Of a DNA stretch of 51,846 nt, positions 46,301 through 51,846 are shown one piece after another; the first letter of the stretch is position 1, and the number at the start of each line of letters is the position of its first letter. The position numbers and the translations under genes are program-made. This DNA comes from a virus (Duplodnaviria > Caudoviricetes): IMG/VR virus record IMGVR_UViG_3300017963_000334, positions 1-51,846 of that record; one strand, given 5' to 3'. The notes below the pieces were generated by a model, which was not told where the DNA came from, did no database searches, and saw only the letters and a program-made list of their open reading frames with translations.

Positions 46301-47673
46301 GGTACCTCAAGATGCTGCCGAGCCTGTTCGTTAATCTCCCCCTGGAGTCTTATCTCCGCAGCTAGCCGCTGGACCCCCTCTCGGCGTTGCTCCCTCGACT
46401 CCCACCCTTCCTCCGGCAGCCCCCATTTCACCCGAGTTCGGCGTGACGGAATCTTACCCTGGTCCGCGTACTCTAAGATTTCCTGTTCAATCCGGGCTCC
46501 CTTCGCCCGAACCTGAGCCGCGCGAGCTTCAGTCGCCATCTGAGCCATCCCTGGACCGCCACCCAGAGCAGCAATCCCCGGCAGGGCATCCTTCATTTCC
46601 TGCCACATCGCCGGGGCAACCGACGAAAAGACTGGCCCCTCGACTTGCTCGTCAGTCAAGGCAGCGAGGTACTTCCCCACATCCCGAACACCCCGCTGTA
46701 TCCCCTCCTCGGTTGTCTCAACCCCTATCCGCTCCAGGGCATCAATCGCTTGGCCAATTGCCGCCCGAATAACAGGTTTCCGTTGTACCAATTTGGATAG
46801 CCGCGCTCCGCCATATTTCCGGATTGCTTGCGAGATTGCCCGCCTAGCTGTCCCCTTGACTGGCTGCGCAACCGCCCCCTTCGACATGCCGGTAGGGTCG
46901 ATATTCAGTAGCTCAATCATCGACTCTGCGGCAGCCGTCACGACGGCAGCGGCAAAGGCCGTCTTCGGTTCAAGCCCCATCTCTAAGTAATCCTCCCGCC
47001 GCTCCGGGAAGAGACGAGCGGTCCAGTAGCCGGCCATAGCTAGGGGGCCGCCACCCATGCCGGCAAGAAGTCCAGCGGAGAGATCGGGGGCCATGCCTGC
47101 TGCGCCGGCAGCAGCCTTCAGGGAGAGTGGAGCATCCTTCCCAAGGCTGGGATCGGCTCCTTGTTTGGCAGCCTCAAGCTGGCGCTTAAATTGCACCTCT
47201 TCGACAGTGCGACCACGCCCTTGAAGCCAGTCGCGAAAATCCCGAGCTGCGCCAGTCATGGCAGCGCCGGCTTCCGCAAAGGCGCCGCCTACTTGCTGGG
47301 CCCGTACCCCGAGCCGACCGCCCACAATTGCCGGCTCCTTCAGTCCCGGCTTTACCCAGCCCGACTCGGCATACTGCTTTTCCTTAGCCCACGACTGGGC
47401 CTGGGCAATTCGACCAACTTCCTCAATGAGCCATTGCCGCTCTGCGGGATCGGTAATTTCCTTCAGGGCCTTCGCTGAATAAGTCTCACGAGTCCCAGAG
47501 AGTGGCGCAACAAGCCCCCAGGCGTACTTATCGCGTAGGTAACTCCGGCGTCGTTCGATTGCGTCCCCTGTTCCGCTAGCAATCTCCTCCACCTTGGGGT
47601 CGAATTGCGGTGGTGGTGTAGTCGCCTGCCCGCCGCCCACAATGGCGAGCACTTGAGGATCAAATGGCATCAC
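43336..47673 (-). CDS. Large internal virion / DNA ejection protein
   Basis: 1445 aa, helical and Ala/Gly/Glu-rich; last of three genes after the tail genes; C-terminal GDYGN...LFPFWAF pattern as in large polyvalent virion proteins. Confidence 0.7.
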   Translation of the reverse strand: MMPFDPQVLAIVGGGQATTPPPQFDPKVEEIASGTGDAIERRRSYLRDKYAWGLVAPLSGTRETYSAKALKEITDPAERQWLIEEVGRIAQAQSWAKEKQYAESGWVKPGLKEPAIVGGRLGVRAQQVGGAFAEAGAAMTGAARDFRDWLQGRGRTVEEVQFKRQLEAAKQGADPSLGKDAPLSLKAAAGAAGMAPDLSAGLLAGMGGGPLAMAGYWTARLFPERREDYLEMGLEPKTAFAAAVVTAAAESMIELLNIDPTGMSKGAVAQPVKGTARRAISQAIRKYGGARLSKLVQRKPVIRAAIGQAIDALERIGVETTEEGIQRGVRDVGKYLAALTDEQVEGPVFSSVAPAMWQEMKDALPGIAALGGGPGMAQMATEARAAQVRAKGARIEQEILEYADQGKIPSRRTRVKWGLPEEGWESREQRREGVQRLAAEIRLQGEINEQARQHLEVPSETPQAAQEEAIAAEMAQEPSVAETAYEAAGELQAEPSSWGELPSAELSARLEAQRAAEEARPETAGILAEETGAQAIGERLGERERPDVIGEDEEVARVEDPEVERRLNAARTPGRMGFMKRVSGGVQTAWKYATRPQVHLPPTDDFIPAQEFFRLLKVVPTAAVDEAVRTVASVVDPLGPMQTELFERALVIRNQLAALEEGQPLRFGFESQQQAEEYRSKIEAQVEATPTVKRALEARGKIVRETVMQLVERGFLPERVLDNPEAYFHQHVRVVQEAKRQAGKVSAARRQKRGFQRRRVEGDALPEEFDYSTNYVISETEWLADALAELRKDELLRDLTQRYDHTEEMRERAAEQELTLEEAVARDPDLTFWQPQPGNVFYRAFTIPEKIGVALQEGAIEAANLTAEEVRQVAALGGPHKRIVIPVELADQLDAVKVTDQAHWIKQLHRRAMNGWKAFVLLNPARIVPYNVRNFTGDMDPVLAANPYILRAMPRATQELWKYHHDRLELSPELRLARDLGVVSAGFFTAEVAETPEMQVFRRLKPVEQRALLRNPARLYMELVRPHVEMRENLLRYAAFLTYLEQVKKGEVTHYGASNRNAVRVLAREMGPEVAAARLSRDLLGDYGNMTAAGEYIRRNLFPFWAFQEINLKRYPRLVINAFQAGEGRRMGAVLAATAMMRIGGLYAAWWTWNNLIYPMLFGRDDEDGLGEYDQANPHILLGPNSDGTVRVFRNVGALGDFLEWFGVNEALSMWDEWRAGQAGVVDVAKEVALAPMEKMIGLLRPDVKGLFEGITGQSLFPNPFQPRAVERDVAIANIIGYGDIYKWMKGNIVGEGHRARPHFWQRWFVGVVDPRQSAYSEIYNARARFLKSKGTEEGGVYPVSQYKQARDAAMAEDYDAFVEWKDAFQQKHPGIKGVRKFKAFLKRLDPIASRLSDRDEYEFEHEYLTAEQRKELQIVRDYAGELRDRLFLWWVASENAPPQD

Positions 47674-48692
47674 TCGCTCGCTAGATGTGCATTTACATAT
47701 GTCTTATAGGCTTCCAGATAGGCAGCCTTCTTATTGTCGGGCACGGAATGGTATCCGCCAGGAAACTGCCGCAGATACGCCTGCGCGAATCCAACTTCCG
47801 GGGGGAGAGTCTTGTCAATATCTAAGACGGGAATGCCAGACTCCTCAACGGCATCCCACCAATTTCCCCCAGGCTCATCGGCACCGTAGACCATTTCCAT
47901 AAGTTGATCCACTTCGTGACGATTAAGGAAACGCTGCCCGGTCTTCTCCCCCATTTTGTCAAAGGTATCCACTCGCAGCTTGGCAAATTCCGTCAGAGTT
48001 CTTCGGCGATCCGCCTCGATTGCGTGTTGCCGTTCACGTTCAGCGTCCTGCCGCTCTTGTTGTTTCTGCGCTTCCAGATATTCCGGCATTTTTTCTGGAG
48101 AAACAAGCACCCTGGGATTGCCACTACGGTCATACCCCATCAGGCTACCAGTGCTCTCGTCTACCCAAGGCTCCATTGGACTGCGCCCCTCGGGGAATTG
48201 GATTTTATTCGGATCTTTCGGAACCAATGAAGGTTGAATTCCTGCCATCTGCATTTCGATCCCCTGGACGGCTCGCATCTTCTCATCGTCGGAGAAGGAA
48301 TCGCTTGACATAATCTGCTGTTTACCTTGCTCCAGTCGGGCAATTTCGCGCCTTTGCTGGGCAGTGAAACGTGATTCCCACTGGCTGGCGGCAGCCCGAG
48401 CTTGCTCACGGATACGAGTAATCTCTTGCTCATATCGCTGCTCTTGCAACTCCCGCGACAAACCAGCCTGAACGGCCATACGATCCAAAGCGAAGTCAGC
48501 CGCCTGGGATTGCATCTGAGCCCTAGCCTGAATGTCTGCCTGCTGGAGATTACGCTGCTGCGCAAGCTGATCTAAGCGAGCTTGATCTTCCCTACGTCGG
48601 TCAAGGTCGCGCTCTGCCCGCTGAGCTGCGCCGGCCAGGCCCGCAGCGATCAATGCCGGGCCAGTTACATCATGTCGCACTTCAATCGGCAT
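47670..48692 (-). CDS. Internal virion / ejection protein
   Basis: 340 aa, Q/R/A-rich coiled coil. Confidence 0.6.
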   Translation of the reverse strand: MPIEVRHDVTGPALIAAGLAGAAQRAERDLDRRREDQARLDQLAQQRNLQQADIQARAQMQSQAADFALDRMAVQAGLSRELQEQRYEQEITRIREQARAAASQWESRFTAQQRREIARLEQGKQQIMSSDSFSDDEKMRAVQGIEMQMAGIQPSLVPKDPNKIQFPEGRSPMEPWVDESTGSLMGYDRSGNPRVLVSPEKMPEYLEAQKQQERQDAERERQHAIEADRRRTLTEFAKLRVDTFDKMGEKTGQRFLNRHEVDQLMEMVYGADEPGGNWWDAVEESGIPVLDIDKTLPPEVGFAQAYLRQFPGGYHSVPDNKKAAYLEAYKTYVNAHLASE

Positions 48693-48694
48693 TC

Positions 48695-49264
48695 TTAGGC
48701 TCCCTGATTAATGCGCCCCAGAAGTTGTGCCATTGCCATGAGCCCCTGGGTGCCACCAATACCTCCACCGATTGCCTGAATCGCCTGCATTAAAGCACCC
48801 TGATTTGGATAAGCATCCGTCCTACGCTCCATAATCCCGAGACGAGTCTGCTGCATCTGATCAGCCAGCCTATCAAGAGAGGCTTGCTGCTCGCGCTGAA
48901 TCCCCATTTTCATCGTGGGGGCAATAGTTGTATTCGCCATCCCGAGGCGAGCAAGATTTTGCATCATACCGGCCTGCTGTTGGCCGTATGAGCCACGAAT
49001 GTCTGCCGCTCGTTGATTTGTCGTTTGCCCGGCAAGCTGAAGCATTTGGTTGTATCGAGCCTCATTTGCTGATCGCGCCTGGGTGTAAGCCTGGTTGTAG
49101 GCATTCACGAGCGACCCAAGTCCGCCAGTAATTTGCCCCAATTGATCTTGCGCCAATGGGGCCCCGGGTAGGCTGGAGCCGGCCGCTGGTTGCCGGTAGG
49201 AGGTTGTGATTGGAGTTCTCCACGTTTCGCGCAGTGGAGCAAATGCACCGCTTAGTCTGGTCAT
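48695..49264 (-). CDS. Internal virion / pilot protein
   Basis: 189 aa, Q/G/A/M-rich; LARLGMANT motif; Gly-rich C-terminus. Confidence 0.6.
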   Translation of the reverse strand: MTRLSGAFAPLRETWRTPITTSYRQPAAGSSLPGAPLAQDQLGQITGGLGSLVNAYNQAYTQARSANEARYNQMLQLAGQTTNQRAADIRGSYGQQQAGMMQNLARLGMANTTIAPTMKMGIQREQQASLDRLADQMQQTRLGIMERRTDAYPNQGALMQAIQAIGGGIGGTQGLMAMAQLLGRINQGA

Positions 49265-49272
49265 GTCGTTAC

Positions 49273-50217
49273 CTAATCAAAAAGAGTAGACGTAATCTCC
49301 CCCGTCAGGGTATTGATTGTTGCATATTTCGTGCTGCCCCCGAATCCGGCCGCTTCCTCGGACCACACTTTTGTTTTATCCACAAGAACTTCTTCAGTAT
49401 CGAGATCAGTCACAATAAGCGTAGCGGTAACATCACCGCTGCCATTCATTAGATTCAACTTTGCATAAGCATGGTAAATCTTGCCTGATTCCAATTCGGC
49501 AGAAAGCGCCGTTACTTTGATTAGAGGCACATTCAAGCTGACCTCTACCTCATCAAGGTTCGCATCGTCTTCATAACTATAAGCCTCAGGCGGATCACCG
49601 CTGTACCCCAAGCACCCCCAATCCGTCGGAGCACCAGCAACCAATGTAGCGTTATCAATCCCTGCCACAACGGTAACAGTCGTCCATTCCTCTTCGTCGA
49701 CTTGCGCCCATGTTGTAAGCTGCGCCGTTACTGTAACCGCATATCGGTAAGTCCGAATCTCAATTGTGTCAGTATTCGTTAGTGCGCTTCCCGAAACTGT
49801 ACTGGCACCCTGAAGCGTAATTGTCTTACCTACATCGTCTTCTGTAAGCTCAAATTCGATTTCCGGCTCCGCCCCCCAGTAATCACCTATGTCGCTATAC
49901 GAAGAGGAAATTGAACTTGCATAGTCTGGATCACCAGAAAATCGCAAGTTCACGGACTCGCCGTCAATCGTAGCAGTCCAAGTGATGGAGCATCCAGAAG
50001 GTTCGATCGTGGCATACGTAACGTGGTCTCGCAGGCTAATCGTGATGCTGGCCGTTCCGCCATAGCCGATTGACTCCGAAGCTGACAGATTTAGCGAATA
50101 CACCGGAGTGTATCCTGGCGGATTGGGACCAGGGAAACTCCAATCCTCATCCCAGCCGGGCGGCACATCAGGCGGCTCCACGGCCGCGTCAGGTTTCGCT
50201 ACATAGGCCCCCGTCAT
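49273..50217 (-). CDS. Acidic beta-rich structural protein
   Basis: Start MTGAYV coupled to the upstream stop; Pro-rich N-terminus; T/S/D/E-rich. Confidence 0.6.
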   Translation of the reverse strand: MTGAYVAKPDAAVEPPDVPPGWDEDWSFPGPNPPGYTPVYSLNLSASESIGYGGTASITISLRDHVTYATIEPSGCSITWTATIDGESVNLRFSGDPDYASSISSSYSDIGDYWGAEPEIEFELTEDDVGKTITLQGASTVSGSALTNTDTIEIRTYRYAVTVTAQLTTWAQVDEEEWTTVTVVAGIDNATLVAGAPTDWGCLGYSGDPPEAYSYEDDANLDEVEVSLNVPLIKVTALSAELESGKIYHAYAKLNLMNGSGDVTATLIVTDLDTEEVLVDKTKVWSEEAAGFGGSTKYATINTLTGEITSTLFD

Positions 50218-51137
50218 GCTACGTACCCGTTCACCCAAAGCATATCCACAACGGCACACCACCAGACTTCATCTTCCGTATTTGGTGTCACCTGAATCCG
50301 CAGCCAGTGATCGGGATCGTCGACTGTGATGGTCCCCAACGAAGCGCCGAACGTCCTAATTACGGTGGGGCCCGCAACATGCTGCGTCCCCCCGGCTGTC
50401 CTAGTTATGATGCCTTCGATCTTCTCGCAATATGTGCTTGTCTGCGTATTCTTCTTAGTGCCCATGATCTTAATGGTGTAATACACCACATCGCCATACA
50501 CAAGAGTTAGCGCATATGACCCACTGTCGCCGTCGAGGAATAGCTCCTCTTGATCGGTAGCTGAAGTGACGCATCGCAACATATTTACCTGTCGCTGGGC
50601 ATCACCCACCTCCTCGAACATCCCGGAACTATGGCCGATGGAACCATAATGCCTCAAGTAACATTCCGCTCCACCGATAATCGTACAGCCGTAAGCCGAG
50701 ACCGTGTGATACTGGCCATTGATAATTGACGAATAGTTCCCGCTAATTGTATTTTCAAAACCGCCAACAATAACGGACGATTGCCCAGAAATCACGTTAG
50801 TCGAGCCTCCGCATATCACCGATGCCGTACCCGACACGGTGTTATTGACTCCGCCGAGAATTCCCGAACCGAATCCGCTTGGTACTTGAGTTGCTAGCGT
50901 ACTTCTGCGCTGTAAATCTACTGCATAATCGCCGCGAGCGTTGCCCGCGTTGGAGACTCTCAAAGCACCAGTCCCGTGCGGAGCCAACATCAAATCGCCG
51001 TCCGTCGTGGCGACAGTAATAGCGCCGAAAACCTCTAACACTTCCCCCGACTGGAGTTGTTGCATCTCCGTCTTTGCCGTATTCAAGCCAAGCGGTCGCT
51101 TCCGCGTACCAGTTGGGTCCATTGGAAGGTAAGCCAT
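50214..51137 (-). CDS. Tail fibre/spike with ~14-aa beta-roll-like repeats
   Basis: SGILGGVNNTVSGT / SVICGGSTNVISGQ / SVIVGGFENTISGN / SSIINGQYHTVSAY repeats. Confidence 0.7.
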   Translation of the reverse strand: MAYLPMDPTGTRKRPLGLNTAKTEMQQLQSGEVLEVFGAITVATTDGDLMLAPHGTGALRVSNAGNARGDYAVDLQRRSTLATQVPSGFGSGILGGVNNTVSGTASVICGGSTNVISGQSSVIVGGFENTISGNYSSIINGQYHTVSAYGCTIIGGAECYLRHYGSIGHSSGMFEEVGDAQRQVNMLRCVTSATDQEELFLDGDSGSYALTLVYGDVVYYTIKIMGTKKNTQTSTYCEKIEGIITRTAGGTQHVAGPTVIRTFGASLGTITVDDPDHWLRIQVTPNTEDEVWWCAVVDMLWVNGYVA

Positions 51138-51146
51138 TTATCCCCT

Positions 51147-51846
51147 CTACAGCAAGATTGGCCTTGCAATTTCAATCTGTAATTGTGTGGCGCTCAGAGC
51201 CTTACCTACGCGAACAACAAATTGCCCAGCCGTTGTCGGCGCAGTTGCAGTTAATCGCCCAGCGGTACTCGGATCAAGATAATAGATGCTACCAGCAGAG
51301 AGTCCGCCCGAACCACCAGTCGCAGTATCCCACTGGCCCGTAGTAGCCGTGAGTATGCCGCCCGTAATTATGTAGCCAGACGCGGCCGACAGAATGCCAT
51401 CTGTAGACTGCACCAGGCCGATCACCTCAACCGTGGCTGATGCGTCAGCCTTTGCGAGATCGACTGTACCAGCTCCGTCACAGTATACTGGCCATCCAAT
51501 TTGGATTTTTCCAGCATTGCTATTTGTCATCGTGGCAATTTCGGTCGATCCCAGAGCGATATGGGCTGCGAGATCGTGATCCGATAGGACATTCGCAATC
51601 GTATTGGGGAGGGACAGATGCTCGGCAGCCACGTATCCAGTCAGGGAGTCATGGTCGAGCGTTGCCTCGAAATCAGCGAATGTGATCTTCTTGTTGGTAG
51701 CCGTTTCAGTAAGGTCCCAGAACGGAACAAAGTCACCAGCAGCAATAGCGGCAGCATCCAATTCGTTGATGTCAAGATTAAACGTCCTTGACGCAGAAAT
51801 GTCACCTCCACCGCTCAAGCCAGAACCAGCCGTGAGAGTCACCGAG
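51147..51846 (-). CDS. Tail/fibre structural protein, C-terminal part (continuation of the gene starting at 666)
   Basis: Open from the window end; begins in repeat copy B and ends in a second cement-like domain (IGWPVY..AKAD..VIGLV..YYLDP..VGKALS). Confidence 0.8.
   Translation of the reverse strand, partial: SVTLTAGSGLSGGGDISASRTFNLDINELDAAAIAAGDFVPFWDLTETATNKKITFADFEATLDHDSLTGYVAAEHLSLPNTIANVLSDHDLAAHIALGSTEIATMTNSNAGKIQIGWPVYCDGAGTVDLAKADASATVEVIGLVQSTDGILSAASGYIITGGILTATTGQWDTATGGSGGLSAGSIYYLDPSTAGRLTATAPTTAGQFVVRVGKALSATQLQIEIARPILL
51672..51846. repeat. Intragenic repeat copy B
   Basis: Same peptide as 1-175 apart from I/L and N/D substitutions. Confidence 0.95.

Larger units (their letters stand above)
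1..51846. mobile_element. Near-complete temperate phage genome, podovirus-like
   Basis: Terminase-portal-scaffold-capsid-adaptor-tail order, three ejection-type proteins, no tape measure, replication module and integrase. No host housekeeping genes. The same gene appears to run off both window ends. Confidence 0.93.

Overview
The window looks like an almost complete ~52 kb temperate, podovirus-type (P22/T7-like tail architecture) dsDNA phage genome. It is opened inside a repeated tail/fibre gene: the two window ends carry diverged copies of the same ~58-codon repeat. Read on the minus strand from ~16.1 kb, the order is small membrane peptides, terminase, portal, scaffold, major capsid, decoration, adaptor and tail genes. 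This runs across the window ends into fibre proteins and three ejection-type proteins. An unusual cassette follows: exported proteases, a lipoprotein thioredoxin and membrane/holin-like genes (38.9-43.1 kb). After it come a replication/recombination module (AAA ATPase, DUF669, Cas4-like nuclease, SF2 helicase, prim-pol, RusA-like), nucleotide hydrolases and a DNA methyltransferase. A plus-strand early region (17-24.7 kb) carries ArdA and many small acidic or Cys-rich genes, followed by an excisionase-like HTH gene, a tyrosine integrase and a serine recombinase. I recognised no canonical endolysin, CI repressor, DNA polymerase, tRNA, CRISPR array or reverse transcriptase. The best candidate for a new system is the protease/thioredoxin cassette in the lysis position. 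A Planctomycetota/PVC host is inferred, not shown. All product calls come from motif recognition by eye, with no database search.
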